Shown: piece by piece, positions 54,073-64,000 of the stretch | Position numbering within the stretch: the first letter of the stretch is position 1 | How the letters are laid out: each line of letters begins with the position of its first letter | Assembly: GCA_017555595.1 (NCBI GenBank) | Contig: JAFZGC010000067.1 | Location: forward strand, 514 to 64,513 | DNA length: 64,000 nt | Direction of reading: 5' to 3' | From: Paludibacteraceae bacterium | GTDB lineage: Bacteria; Bacteroidota; Bacteroidia; Bacteroidales; Paludibacteraceae | Translations under genes and position numbers: made by a program | The notes under the pieces: generated by a model | The model's database searches: none | The model's input: only the letters and a program-made list of their open reading frames with translations | What the model was told of the DNA's origin: nothing

Positions 54073-55338
54073 TTAATATTTTTTGAAAAGCAAGCAAGCA
54101 TTGTGTCCACCAAAGCCAAAGTTGTTGCTCATGGCATAGCGGATGTCACGCGACTGTGCTTGGTTGAATGTAAAATTGAGTTTATAATCAATATTTGGAT
54201 CGCTGTCTCCCTCTTCGTGATTGATAGTAGGAGTCACCATACCATGTTGCATAGATAGAATGGATATAATAGCCTCTACCGCTCCTGTTCCGCCCAATAG
54301 GTGACCCGTCATAGACTTGGAAGAAGTGAGATTGATGCGATAGGCGTGCTCTCCAAAGAGGTTTTGGATGGCTTTCACCTCAGCCAAGTCGCCAATAGGA
54401 GTGGATGTGCCGTGGGTGTTGATATAATCAATATCCTCAAGTGCAATGCCAGCCTCATTGATAGCAAGTTGCATGGCATTTTTAGCACCATGACCTTCTG
54501 GGTCAGAAGCAGTGAGATGGTATGCGTCAGCCGTAAGCCCTGTGCCTACTAACTCAGCATAGATGTGGGCTCCGCGTGCTTTAGCATGCTGATATTCCTC
54601 TAAGATAAGTGTACCTGCACCTTCTCCCAAGACAAATCCATCGCGAGAGGCTGAGAATGGGCGACTTGCCGTTTTGGGCGACTCGTTGCGTGTGGAAAGC
54701 GCATGCAACGCATTGAAACCACCAATTCCGCAACACTCAATAGCGGCCTCACTTCCACCAGTCAGGATTACATCTGCCATTCCCATTCGAATTTGATAGT
54801 ATGCATTAGCGATAGCATGCGAAGAAGAAGCACAGGCAGAAGTGGTAGCGTAATTCACACCCCTGAATCCATAACGAATAGCTAACATACCCGCAGCCAT
54901 ATTGGTAATGATCGTAGGAATAAAGAATGGACTATAACGAGGCGTACCGTCCCCCGTAGCAAATGCTGAAATATTCTCATCCAACATATGCACACCACCC
55001 ATTCCACTACCATAAATGACACCACAACGGAACTCATTCTCTTGACTCATGTCAATGTGTGCATCGCGCATAGCTTCTTCGGCAGAATACACAGCAAAGT
55101 GAATGTGGCGATCATACCTGCGTGCTTCCTTGCGGTCAAAAATAGGCTCCATATTCAATCCAGTCACTTCACAAGCGAACTGTGTTTTAAACTTGGAGGC
55201 ATCAAATCGGGTAATAGGCCCTGCACCACTTTTTCCTTGTACCAAATTTCCCCAGTTGGCGGCTACATCATTGCCAAGAGCGGTTACCATTCCAACACCC
55301 GTAACAACTACCCGTTTCATCTTCATAGTTAAACACAA
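54073..55338 (-). CDS. fabF: Beta-ketoacyl-ACP synthase II
   Basis: The ATTSACASS active-site Cys, HGTSTP and GHLLGGTGAVE are present. The probable start is MKMKRVVVTG at 55326. Confidence 0.93.
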   Translation of the reverse strand: MCLTMKMKRVVVTGVGMVTALGNDVAANWGNLVQGKSGAGPITRFDASKFKTQFACEVTGLNMEPIFDRKEARRYDRHIHFAVYSAEEAMRDAHIDMSQENEFRCGVIYGSGMGGVHMLDENISAFATGDGTPRYSPFFIPTIITNMAAGMLAIRYGFRGVNYATTSACASSSHAIANAYYQIRMGMADVILTGGSEAAIECCGIGGFNALHALSTRNESPKTASRPFSASRDGFVLGEGAGTLILEEYQHAKARGAHIYAELVGTGLTADAYHLTASDPEGHGAKNAMQLAINEAGIALEDIDYINTHGTSTPIGDLAEVKAIQNLFGEHAYRINLTSSKSMTGHLLGGTGAVEAIISILSMQHGMVTPTINHEEGDSDPNIDYKLNFTFNQAQSRDIRYAMSNNFGFGGHNACLLFKKY

Positions 55339-55393
55339 CAGCGAGTCTATGGTTTTTCCATAAACTCGCTAAGGTCAAAATCAAAGTAACGTA

Positions 55394-55627
55394 TTATTGA
55401 AGTTTCTCAATGTAGCTAATAACATCTTGTACTGTGTTGATCTTTTGAGTATCTTCATCTGGTATTTGCACACCAAATTCTTTCTCAAATTCCATAATCA
55501 ACTCAACAGTATCAAGAGAGTCTGCGTTAAGGTCTGCTGTGAAGCTTGCCTCTGGAGTTACTTGTGATTCTTCTACGCCCAATTTATCAACGATAATTGC
55601 TTTTACTTTTGATTAAATTGCTGACAT
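55394..55627 (-). CDS. acpP: Acyl carrier protein, with an in-frame TAA at codon 5 (nonsense mutation or sequencing error)
   Basis: ATG 55627: [25 protein letters not shown] ... [17 protein letters not shown]. The ORF track only finds a TTG-started 62-aa piece at 55394-55582. Confidence 0.75.
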
Positions 55628-55752
55628 AATTACAATGTTTTTAATTTGTTAATTATACTATTTTTATTATTTTCTTTTGAATGATTGCAAAATCGGGTGC
55701 AAAGTAACTACTTTTTTTTGGAATATGCAAATTTTTTAGCATAAATATGCAA

Positions 55753-56601
55753 TTATTCACCTAAAATTAGTGAAATTTTACCAATTCTTGCCCCTGATTT
55801 CCCCATTTGCGCTAATAAAACCCTATTACCATCTAGATTTTCGATATATTTATTTGTTACTATCTTATGGGTGTGTCCACCTATAATAACATCTATGTTT
55901 CGTGTTTTTTTTGCCAACAATATATCTGATACTTGCTCATCGTTTGTAGCATCAGTACCAAGATGGCTAAGACATATTACAACATCACAATTATGTTGTT
56001 CTTTAAGTTCATCTACGGCTTTTTGTACTGCGGAAATAGGTTCTAAATATCGAACGGGGAAAAAGTTCTTCTCTGCCACTAACCCCTTTGGATTAACTCC
56101 TACACCTAATATACCTATTCGTATGCCCGCGCGCGTAAGTACAACGTAAGGACGGACAATATCCTCAAGAGGTGTGTCTTGTACATCGTAATTAGCAGAT
56201 ACTACAGCAAAATTAGCATGTTGTAATACCACAGCCAAAGTATCAACTCCGTTGTCAAACTCATGATTACCGAGTGTGACAACGTCGTATCCCATTCTAT
56301 TAAAAGCGTCTATTTCGATACGTCCATGGTAGAAATTGAAATATGGTGTACCTTGACTAAAATCCCCTGCATCGACCAATATGAGATTAGGGTGTAGATT
56401 TCTTTCTTGTTGTACTAGTCCCATTCGTCGTGCATATCCAGCATAGTTGCCATCACGTTTGCCTACAGCAATCGGTTCCACTTGCGAGTGCGTATCATTG
56501 GTGTGTAAAATCACAAGTGTATCCGTAGAGGGTGAACAAGAAAAGGTAATAAGACTGAATATCAGCCCTAAACAACCATTAAAAACGTTTTTGTATTTCA
56601 T
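55753..56601 (-). CDS. Metallophosphoesterase (5'-nucleotidase N-terminal type) lipoprotein
   Basis: FSC lipobox, with HTNDTHS, DAGDFSQGTP, GNHEFD and GGHTH. Confidence 0.85.
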   Translation of the reverse strand: MKYKNVFNGCLGLIFSLITFSCSPSTDTLVILHTNDTHSQVEPIAVGKRDGNYAGYARRMGLVQQERNLHPNLILVDAGDFSQGTPYFNFYHGRIEIDAFNRMGYDVVTLGNHEFDNGVDTLAVVLQHANFAVVSANYDVQDTPLEDIVRPYVVLTRAGIRIGILGVGVNPKGLVAEKNFFPVRYLEPISAVQKAVDELKEQHNCDVVICLSHLGTDATNDEQVSDILLAKKTRNIDVIIGGHTHKIVTNKYIENLDGNRVLLAQMGKSGARIGKISLILGE

Positions 56602-58372
56602 CTTTTGTAAGGATTGTAAAAATGGTTTGACCGTTACTGAGATATTGTGCTGAACAATTTTCTGTGAAACGCATAATTAAATCGCGCATTTCTATATCGC
56701 TAAGTTCTCTACCTATAGGTATAGCCATCCTATCAGCCAATGCTAATGTCATTGTTTCTTGCCATTGCTGTTTGAGATTGGAACCTGTATCTTGTACTTG
56801 ATGTATCACTTGCAAAATTGTCTCTGCAGGATTAGCATTCTCTAATAACATCGGAATTGCGGTAATTGTATAGGCATTCGGAGTTAATTGATGCATAGCA
56901 AACCCTATTGTCTGTAAATCTTGTTGCAGTGTTTGTAGTATGTTAATATCTTCGTTAGATAGTTCTAGTACATCGGGAAAAAGCAATGATTGTGATATTC
57001 CTTTTTGTTGTTGCAGTTGTTTTAATAATTCTTTGTATAAAATAGCAGTATGCACTCGATGTTGATGTAAGATTACAATACCATCAGTTGTTAACATTAT
57101 GATATATTTATTCTGCCATTGAACTAGAGGTGTGGATTCGGTAATGTTTGGCAATTTAAATAGTTGTTGGTTTGGCTCTTGGTTAGTTGGTTCGAAGAAA
57201 GATGGGGTGTATAAATCTTCCCATCCCGCAGTATTTTGTCGTTGTTGTGCAGATTTTTTGAATGGACTATACGATGGATCAACTTGCAGTTTTGGCATTG
57301 CAATAGGGGGAATTTGCGGAGATGCCTGTGGCATTTCAATGTGCATTTCTGAAGTAAAATCCAAAGATGGAGTTATATTAAATTTGCCTAAAGCCTCTCG
57401 TATAGCAGCTAATAATATTTGGAATATGGCTTGTTCATCGGCAAATTTTATTTCTGTCTTTGTTGGATGTATATTGACATCAATAGCATCAGGTTGTATA
57501 TCAAAATAAATGAAATACGATGGGGTATAATCGGCTGCTATTAAACCTGAATATGCTGTTATAATTGCTTTATGAAAATAAGGATGGCGCATAAATCGCC
57601 CATTAACAAAGAAAAATTGTTGGCTATTCTTAGATGCCATTTCTGGTTTGCCAACAAACCCACAAATATTTACCAATTCGCTATTGGTTGCTACATCTAC
57701 CAATTGTCCTGTAAAGGGTTTAGAAGTGTGTCCAAAAATATTTTCTATCCGTTGTTTGGTAGTAGATATAGGCAGTTCAGATATAATTTCGTCGTTATGG
57801 ACGAGAGTGAATTGTACATGCGGATTAACAAGAGCAATGCGATTATATTCTGTTATGATATTTCGCATCTCTGTTTGGTCGGTTTTCAAAAATTTCCTAC
57901 GTGCAGGAACGTTATAGAATAGGTTTTTGACACGTATATTTGTACCTATAGGACATTGTACAACCTCTTGTTTGATTACGTTAGAACCCGTGATTTCCAA
58001 TTGTGTACCTACTTCGTCTTCTGGTCTCCGAGTGACGAGCTCGACATGAGCAACAGCGCAAATACTAGCCAATGCCTCTCCGCGGAATCCCATTGTATGC
58101 AATTGAAAAAGATCGGATGCTTGTTGTATTTTAGACGTCGCATGGCGTTCAAATGCCATACGAGCATCAGTAGGACTCATCCCTTTGCCATTATCTATGA
58201 CCTGCAACAAGGTTCGTCCCCCATCTTTTACCAAGATGCGAACATGTGTAGCCCCAGCATCTAGCGAATTTTCGACTAACTCTTTTAAGCAAGATGCAGG
58301 GCGTTGAATTACTTCGCCAGCCGCTATTTGGTTGGCTACGTTGTCAGGTAACAGATGAATTATATCACTCAT
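56579..58372 (-). CDS. mutL: DNA mismatch repair protein MutL
   Basis: MSDIIHLLPDNVANQIAAGEVIQRPASCLKELVENSLDAG. The start was set at 58372. Confidence 0.92.
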   Translation of the reverse strand: MSDIIHLLPDNVANQIAAGEVIQRPASCLKELVENSLDAGATHVRILVKDGGRTLLQVIDNGKGMSPTDARMAFERHATSKIQQASDLFQLHTMGFRGEALASICAVAHVELVTRRPEDEVGTQLEITGSNVIKQEVVQCPIGTNIRVKNLFYNVPARRKFLKTDQTEMRNIITEYNRIALVNPHVQFTLVHNDEIISELPISTTKQRIENIFGHTSKPFTGQLVDVATNSELVNICGFVGKPEMASKNSQQFFFVNGRFMRHPYFHKAIITAYSGLIAADYTPSYFIYFDIQPDAIDVNIHPTKTEIKFADEQAIFQILLAAIREALGKFNITPSLDFTSEMHIEMPQASPQIPPIAMPKLQVDPSYSPFKKSAQQRQNTAGWEDLYTPSFFEPTNQEPNQQLFKLPNITESTPLVQWQNKYIIMLTTDGIVILHQHRVHTAILYKELLKQLQQQKGISQSLLFPDVLELSNEDINILQTLQQDLQTIGFAMHQLTPNAYTITAIPMLLENANPAETILQVIHQVQDTGSNLKQQWQETMTLALADRMAIPIGRELSDIEMRDLIMRFTENCSAQYLSNGQTIFTILTKDEIQKRF

Positions 58373-58608
58373 AACAAGTAGTAGAAGGCAAAGAGCAATA
58401 ATCCCAATAGTGCAATCCAAAATACGAGTTTAGACTTACGCTTTGCTTGGTCTTTTCTATAATAAGTGTTCGCCTCGTGTGCTTCACGAAACGAACCACG
58501 ATGAAGACGCGCAAGTTTATCCTTGCGCGCCTCCTTCTCTTTATCATAGTAGATGGGGCGATAATCCCACCCACGTGGTTTGGGTACTTTTGGGAAAAAG
58601 ACCGACAT
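58369..58608 (-). CDS. Small basic protein with a C-terminal TM helix (79 aa)
   Basis: Its stop overlaps the mutL start (ATGA overlap). The C-terminus is LVFWIALLGLLLFAFYYLL. Confidence 0.5.
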   Translation of the reverse strand: MSVFFPKVPKPRGWDYRPIYYDKEKEARKDKLARLHRGSFREAHEANTYYRKDQAKRKSKLVFWIALLGLLLFAFYYLL

Positions 58609-60299
58609 TACTTAAGAATCGCTTGGAATTGCTCGTCTCCTTGATATTTAGCAAATTCGATGTCGTTGAGTGCCTTTTCCTTCATTTGTGCATTGCGTTG
58701 CACAGCCAACTGAAGGTTGGTATATACAGCATCACGGTCGTTTGTGCGAGCCCCTACTACAGCTGCCAAATAAGCAGTGGTAGCATTAGGTTTAGCGACA
58801 CGTGCTAATGTTTGGCGTGCTGCAGCATAATCTTCATTCAAGATTTGTTGTACAGCAGCATTGTTGGTAGCCTCTTTTCCGTAAGCTGTTTTAGCAGCAG
58901 AATAATCTCCCTTCATAGTATAGAGTGTACCCATTGCTACTTTTAAGTCTCCTTTTGTGCCAGCTGCCTTGCCAAGATATTGTTCTGCTTGTGCGAGGTC
59001 ATTCTCTGCCATAGCTGCAATACCTGCATTATAGTTAACATCAGGATTAGCAGGAGCCAATTGAAGAGCTTTTGCAAAGCTTCTACGTGCATTAGCAACA
59101 TCACCCTGGGTAAAGTAGAGCATACCAATATTGTTGAATGAGCGATAATCTGTAGGGAACAACTCAGAAACTTGGGTATAGATAGTCATTTTTTCGGTAG
59201 CATCTTGTGTGAGAGTTGCAGCATAAAGCAACTCATCTACATTCAATGCTCTAGGATCATTCTTTGCTAAGGCAGCTATTTCCTCGTCTGATTTACCAAT
59301 TAAATCTGTAGTCAAAATTAAACGGCTACGACGCAAAGCAGGAAGAATCTCGTCAGCGATAGTCTTGTAAACAGCACTAAGGTTCTTGATCTGTGCCTCA
59401 CGCTCCTCTGGATCAGAGTACATGCTGAGCACGCGGAGAACAAGTTCCTTATCTTGAATGTTGCTTGCCTCCATAGCAGCTTGGAAGCCAGCCCAATCCT
59501 CAGCTGTGATGTTAGACTCGATAGCAGCAGCTACTTTAGCTTTCTTAAGTTGTTTAGCCAAATATTTTTGAGCTTTTGTTTGACGAGCGTCAGCCAACTT
59601 AGTGTTCAACTCAACATCACCATCAGGGGATGCATAACCAGCAACTTCCAATTTGTTGATAGCTTTGTTAGCGGTAGTATCAGCATCCTTGATAGCAGCG
59701 TACAAGTCCTTCATCTCTTGTGACTTCAACTCTGAACTACGGAGAGTTGATTGTTGAATCAAGAAACGGATATCAGCCTCTTGCACCTCTTGGATAATGC
59801 GTTGAAACTTATCAGCAGTAATTTGTGGTTTAACCTCCTCTGCTGTAGCCACAGCTAATTTAGCAGTAGAAACTACGCCATCAGCAATTTTCACATCAGG
59901 AATAACCACTTCCTTATTACCAGAACGCGCAACAAAACGCAAATACAGTTCTGACTTAGCCATAGCAGGTACGTAGTCAAAGGTGGCTACTTGTGTATAT
60001 TTACCACCCTCCTTGTACGATACAACTTGACCGTTTTCTTTAGCTTTTTCTCCAACATAAACAATTGATTGGGATAAAGCTTCTCCGCCTTCATATTTAA
60101 GGACAGGTGTCACTGTCAATACAGCATTTTTAGCAAATTTCTTTACAGGGAAGTTTCCTGTAATCTCTGCTTCTACTTGGTTGCCTACTACTTTTAGTGG
60201 ACTTGGATTAACGGAAATTTGTTCTGGTTGAACTGCGGTTCCGCAAGATGTCAGCATTGCAATGACAATTGCTGATACAAAAAATAATGATCTTTTCAT
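58608..60299 (-). CDS. TPR-repeat lipoprotein
   Basis: MKRSLFFVSAIVIAMLTSC lipobox. The C-terminal third has TPR-like A/L/Y-rich repeats. Confidence 0.7.
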   Translation of the reverse strand: MKRSLFFVSAIVIAMLTSCGTAVQPEQISVNPSPLKVVGNQVEAEITGNFPVKKFAKNAVLTVTPVLKYEGGEALSQSIVYVGEKAKENGQVVSYKEGGKYTQVATFDYVPAMAKSELYLRFVARSGNKEVVIPDVKIADGVVSTAKLAVATAEEVKPQITADKFQRIIQEVQEADIRFLIQQSTLRSSELKSQEMKDLYAAIKDADTTANKAINKLEVAGYASPDGDVELNTKLADARQTKAQKYLAKQLKKAKVAAAIESNITAEDWAGFQAAMEASNIQDKELVLRVLSMYSDPEEREAQIKNLSAVYKTIADEILPALRRSRLILTTDLIGKSDEEIAALAKNDPRALNVDELLYAATLTQDATEKMTIYTQVSELFPTDYRSFNNIGMLYFTQGDVANARRSFAKALQLAPANPDVNYNAGIAAMAENDLAQAEQYLGKAAGTKGDLKVAMGTLYTMKGDYSAAKTAYGKEATNNAAVQQILNEDYAAARQTLARVAKPNATTAYLAAVVGARTNDRDAVYTNLQLAVQRNAQMKEKALNDIEFAKYQGDEQFQAILK

Positions 60300-60425
60300 A
60301 CTTTATTAATTATTTATTTTTTTGACTAACGTTTCTATTCCATTCAAAGCCCTATCGTCACGTTAATGGAGTGTGCTTTTTATTTACCTACAAAAACCGT
60401 GCTAAAGGGCATAATATATCGCCTG

Positions 60426-60433
60426 CAAAGGTA
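60426..60433 (-). promoter_or_regulatory. -7 box TACCTTTG upstream of the TPR lipoprotein-mutL operon
   Basis: caaaggta on the plus strand, about 127 nt upstream of the ATG at 60299. Confidence 0.55.
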
Positions 60434-60631
60434 CTACAAAAAATGGACATATGCAAACATTTTCTATTAAAATTTTATTTTTCATTAAAAATGATGCTAA
60501 ATTCATCCATCTAAAATTAGAGAATATCGAGAATTTGCTCAAATAATCATTAAACAAGTACGAATTGATGGAAAACTATATTTGTATCATGAAAAGTCTA
60601 TGAATTAGTTGCATATCTCAAATATTTGTAG

Positions 60632-60639
60632 TATTTTTG
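60632..60639 (+). promoter_or_regulatory. -7 box TATTTTTG upstream of the lipoprotein gene
   Basis: tatttttg, 14-23 nt before the ATGs at 60653 and 60662. Confidence 0.55.
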
Positions 60640-60652
60640 CAGCAAATTTAAA

Positions 60653-61471
60653 ATGAATTTTATGAAACGATTATTTCTATTACCTCTATTCGTGCTATAT
60701 TTAGCAGGTTGTCAACCGACTGATCAAGAACAAGCAATGGCCTTAGTAAGCGAAGCGCAAATATTGGTCAATAACGGTCAATGGCGTCAAGCTCGCATTG
60801 TGCTAGATTCGATACACTCCACCTATCCTCGTGAAATAGTACAACGCCGATTAGCAAAAGCACTAGAAGATAGCATTACCTATCTTGAAGCCAAACGCAC
60901 TTTAGCATATGCAGATTCGATGTTACCTCCTTTATTGGAGCAATCGGATCAACTTATCAAAACATTTAGATACGAAAAAAACAACAAATACGAAGATAAA
61001 GGGCGATATGTACATCGCTTATTAAATACGGGTGATAACACTGAGCGAAATTTCCTACAAGCTTATGTGCGCGATGATTACCAGACCATTGTAAAAAGTT
61101 ATTATTATGGACATTATGCTGCTAATCAAAAACAAATCACTCTATCCGCAACTGACGAAGAAGCGTCCTTTACAGGTAGTAACCACGCTTTTGAAGCAGA
61201 AGGATGGCATGAGATTATGAGTATGGAAGATGATGTCGCTTTACAATTGCTAAACTTTGTATCATCCCACACCAACGATCGGATTCGCGTGCGTGGGGAG
61301 GGAAAAAACTCATCAAACGCATGGGTATATTACTTGACAGACAAAGAGAAAAATGCACTATCACAAACCTATCAACTTGGGTTTTTAATGAAAGATATTG
61401 AGCGTTTGGAGCAAATGAGTAATACTGCACAGCGACAGATTGGACATTACGAACATAAGAAAGGTAACTAA
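60653..61471 (+). CDS. Hypothetical lipoprotein
   Basis: MKRLFLLPLFVLYLAGC lipobox. No family was recognised. Confidence 0.65.
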   Translation: MNFMKRLFLLPLFVLYLAGCQPTDQEQAMALVSEAQILVNNGQWRQARIVLDSIHSTYPREIVQRRLAKALEDSITYLEAKRTLAYADSMLPPLLEQSDQLIKTFRYEKNNKYEDKGRYVHRLLNTGDNTERNFLQAYVRDDYQTIVKSYYYGHYAANQKQITLSATDEEASFTGSNHAFEAEGWHEIMSMEDDVALQLLNFVSSHTNDRIRVRGEGKNSSNAWVYYLTDKEKNALSQTYQLGFLMKDIERLEQMSNTAQRQIGHYEHKKGN

Positions 61472-62490
61472 TGCCAACACTCCTTGCAGATTGAAATCTT
61501 ATTGCTATCACGTATTACTTGCCGACGAAATTCGTCGGCTTTTTTATTGCGCCAAACCGATGCCAATGAATGGTTAAGCAACAAACCGTAAGCATATTCA
61601 CCTGCTTTATCATAGCAACAAGGCAAAATTTCACCCGTGGTCGTTATGACGCATCCTGACCAGAGGCGGTAGCAAGGAGTAAACCAGAAACGAAAAACAG
61701 AGAACGGGAATGGAAAACGATGCAAACGATACGTACCATCAGATTGTTTTTTATAGCGAGAATACCGTTCGTTGGTTGGCATTAGCGGATGACCGTGTTC
61801 ATAATCGTATAACTGCGCAGTCTTGAACACAAGGTGTGTAGCACCCAAAGATTTGTAATTACGCCTAATCCATTGCCACTCATGTTCATTGCTGCGCAAT
61901 CGAAGCACTTGCAATTCAATACGAATAGCTGACCCAAGCATATCTTTTGAGTCTCGCAAAAAACGCAATCCTGCTAATGCGCGATGCAAACTACCTCCTA
62001 TGCGATAAGCCGCATACGCTTCCTCAGAAAACCCGTCAATAGACACGATTATTCTACTCAATCCACTCTTTACCAAAGCATGTGCCATCTCCTTATTGAG
62101 TGCTTGCGCATTGGTAGAGACGATGGTGTATAGGCCTACTTGGCGAGCTTGAGTAATCATCCGTGGCAGGCACTCATTGAGCAAAGGTTCACCCTGAAAA
62201 TAGAACTGAATCGTATGCGCCGTGGACTGCACTTCAGATAGTATCTTTTCAAATAATTCGAGCGATAAATAATGCGTGTCATCTGGGATGTTTTTGCGCC
62301 TTCCAACAGGACATTCAGGACAACGCAACTGACACAGATTTGCAGGTTCAATGCTTACAAAAGTAGGTAAATGACGCACACGCACTATTCCAAACAAAGA
62401 TAGTGCGTAACTCCACCAACAAGATAATTGATTGGTAATTCTACTTGCAAGGAATCTTATTGACACGACGCTCGTGACGACCACCTTCAA
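61468..62490 (-). CDS. Radical SAM protein with a C-terminal SPASM-type Cys cluster
   Basis: CQLRCPEC (CxxxCxxC) and C-terminal CCYD...CKEC. The start is uncertain because the ORF-track start overlaps rpiB by 50 nt; GTG candidates lie near 62385. Confidence 0.75.
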   Translation of the reverse strand: MKVVVTSVVSIRFLASRITNQLSCWWSYALSLFGIVRVRHLPTFVSIEPANLCQLRCPECPVGRRKNIPDDTHYLSLELFEKILSEVQSTAHTIQFYFQGEPLLNECLPRMITQARQVGLYTIVSTNAQALNKEMAHALVKSGLSRIIVSIDGFSEEAYAAYRIGGSLHRALAGLRFLRDSKDMLGSAIRIELQVLRLRSNEHEWQWIRRNYKSLGATHLVFKTAQLYDYEHGHPLMPTNERYSRYKKQSDGTYRLHRFPFPFSVFRFWFTPCYRLWSGCVITTTGEILPCCYDKAGEYAYGLLLNHSLASVWRNKKADEFRRQVIRDSNKISICKECWH

Positions 62491-62884
62491 ACTCAGTTGT
62501 AAGGAATATCTTTATCAACTCAATAGCTTTCTCCGCAGAGATGTAGTTTGCAGGCAACCCAATAATATTAGCATTGTTGTGCTGACGAGCAAGGCGAGCG
62601 AGAGATTCATCCCAACAAAGAGCAGCACGAATCCCCTGATGATGGTTGCAAGTCATGGTAATACCATTACCTGTAGAACAAATGGCAATACCCATATCAT
62701 TGACACCCTCTTCTACGGAAGTTGCCATAGGATGAGCGAAATCAGGATAGTCACAACTATCGGCAGAAGGGCAACCGTAATCTGTAACCAGTACGCCTTG
62801 CTCTTTGAGCCATGAAATAACGATTTTTTTGAGTGCAAAGCCTGCATGATCACAGGCAACGCCAAGTTTAAGAGTATTCATCAT
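62441..62884 (-). CDS. rpiB: Ribose-5-phosphate isomerase B
   Basis: 147 aa with GVACDHAGFALK and CSTGNGITMTCNHH. Confidence 0.9.
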   Translation of the reverse strand: MMNTLKLGVACDHAGFALKKIVISWLKEQGVLVTDYGCPSADSCDYPDFAHPMATSVEEGVNDMGIAICSTGNGITMTCNHHQGIRAALCWDESLARLARQHNNANIIGLPANYISAEKAIELIKIFLTTEFEGGRHERRVNKIPCK

Positions 62885-63669
62885 ATATGCTTATTAAAAG
62901 GACAAACAATCTGACACTGTAAACAATGGTGAGTGGCATACGCAATACACTCGCGAGCATCCCAAACATCGTTTCGGAGTGCTCCTGTTGGGCAGGCATC
63001 TATACAAAGTTGACAATCGGTGCACGTTTCAGCAATCGGATACGGCTTATCGGATAATGGAACAACTTTATTTATTATTATTTCGCCCGGATGCACCATG
63101 CTACCCAATACAGGATGAATAAATTGATGGTTCTTGCCAATAAACCCCAATCCTGCCTCCACACACCAACGGCGTTCAAGCATCGGAGCCGAGTCGCAAA
63201 AAACATGCTGGTGCGTCTGCGAAACAATATCATCCCCGAACACCTCTCGCAGTTTGGCATCCAACGCATAAAGCATGGATTTAACACGGCGATGATAGTC
63301 TCTACCCGAACGATCGAAATGAAGCAAACACACCACTACCATTTGTGCATTAGGCACAAGCAGAGCTGGGTCGTAGCGTTTGTCGCAGTTGCGCTCCAGA
63401 TAATCCATCTCGCCATGTAGTCCCTGCGCAATCCAATTGTCCATAAACAGCGCATCCGCGTCCAAACGATGAACAGGAGCCACACCGCAAGCGTCAAAAC
63501 CTACCTCGTGCGCCAGTTTACAGATATTTTCTAATGTCAGCTTCAAGTGCGTTAAAATCGGTATATCGCCCTTGCACATTACCTTTTCGGTCAAGCAAAA
63601 AGAGCGTTGGTAACGATTGGACATTATAGCGCAGCAATACATCCATAGCTCGTTCGCCAGCATAGACAT
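62881..63669 (-). CDS. queG: Epoxyqueuosine reductase
   Basis: GLHGEMDYLERN and the ferredoxin motif CTDCQLCIDACPTGAL. The start is uncertain because the longest ORF overlaps the upstream gene. Confidence 0.8.
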   Translation of the reverse strand: MSMLANELWMYCCAIMSNRYQRSFCLTEKVMCKGDIPILTHLKLTLENICKLAHEVGFDACGVAPVHRLDADALFMDNWIAQGLHGEMDYLERNCDKRYDPALLVPNAQMVVVCLLHFDRSGRDYHRRVKSMLYALDAKLREVFGDDIVSQTHQHVFCDSAPMLERRWCVEAGLGFIGKNHQFIHPVLGSMVHPGEIIINKVVPLSDKPYPIAETCTDCQLCIDACPTGALRNDVWDARECIAYATHHCLQCQIVCPFNKHI

Positions 63670-64000
63670 TCGTCCAAGGCAAATTCGCTACACCATCTTC
63701 CCACAGCAATTTGTTGCGATCAAGCGAGACGGAATAGATGGCCAATCCTTGTTTACTGTATTGGTTGTACAAGTCGCGTAGTTCGAAGATATACCCATTG
63801 CTTTGCTCCATATCAATTGCTGAGAAGTCCAATATAATCACTTTACCTCGCAAATCTGAGAGCGATTGGGTAATACCATTATTATCGGGTAAAACTATAT
63901 CCAAGAACGTATTCTCCGCATTATCAATAATCTGCTGCATCGCCGCTTGTTGCTTCAACTCACGCTCCGCTTCCAATACCCCTTTAACTTGTGCATAGAG
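63518..64000 (-). CDS. Thioredoxin-fold (TlpA/AhpC-like) protein lacking the CxxC motif; partial, continues past the right edge
   Basis: ...LSDLRGKVIILDFSAIDMEQS...LPTLFLLDRKGNV. The frame stays open to position 64000. Confidence 0.6.
   Translation of the reverse strand, partial: LYAQVKGVLEAERELKQQAAMQQIIDNAENTFLDIVLPDNNGITQSLSDLRGKVIILDFSAIDMEQSNGYIFELRDLYNQYSKQGLAIYSVSLDRNKLLWEDGVANLPWTNVYAGERAMDVLLRYNVQSLPTLFLLDRKGNVQGRYTDFNALEADIRKYL

Noticed and set aside
55613-55615. Genome-wide TAA reassignment as the explanation for the acpP in-frame stop
   Set aside because: TAA clearly terminates other well-aligned genes in the window, for example fusA at 368-370 and the 858-aa gene at 7594-7596. 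A local error, mutation or read-through is more likely.
61468-62490. Radical SAM/SPASM gene as a maturase for the mini-ORF peptides
   Set aside because: It is 32-54 kb from both mini-ORFs. It is embedded between housekeeping genes (rpiB, queG) and has no adjacent precursor-like ORF, peptidase or transporter. No link is supported.

Overview
The window looks like a Bacteroidales (Prevotella-like) chromosome segment. This placement is an inference from the recurring TAnnTTTG -7 promoter boxes, the ExbB/ExbD cluster, LptF/G and the housekeeping gene content. The core genes are: the str operon (rpsL-rpsG-fusA-rpsJ'), five tRNAs (Leu-GAG, Leu-CAG, Gly-GCC, Ser-GGA, Ser-TGA), ttcA, an exbB-x-exbD-exbD cluster, a panD-tgt-lptF/G-THUMP methyltransferase-queA-tatD string, a DAHP synthase-kdsD-kdsA string, a LOG-family gene, gyrB, a frameshifted rlmI-like gene, a 3'-5' exonuclease, upp, vanZ, dprA, folB, parC, asd, fabF-acpP, mutL, rpiB and queG. 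Three accessory patches (about 3.6-9.2 kb, 13.7-19.3 kb and 28.4-37.6 kb) each carry a giant secreted repeat protein of 858, 1154 and 2658 aa, and all three end in the same ...QLIII(R/H)-x5-YN... tail. The most interesting observations are these. (1) Two giant genes are each followed by an unannotated paralogous 44-46 aa mini-ORF plus a terminator, with a conserved N-terminal half (MKK-Y--P-T-A--LL--NAIMAGSP) and a variable C-terminal half. (2) Short tandem arrays (7-mers, 8-mers and 11-mers) fill gene junctions, supply stop codons and C-termini, and appear as in-frame insertions inside kdsA and kdsD. (3) A conserved roughly 65-bp tRNA-Ser 3'-half-like element is repeated downstream of both tRNA-Ser genes. 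(4) A TPR-TM-LuxR-type regulator is followed by four exactly 23-bp-phased repeats, a promoter and the third giant gene. (5) acpP carries an in-frame TAA at codon 5 and the rlmI-like gene is frameshifted. No CRISPR array, integrase, prophage or recognisable defence system was seen. All homology calls come from reading motifs by eye; no searches were run.
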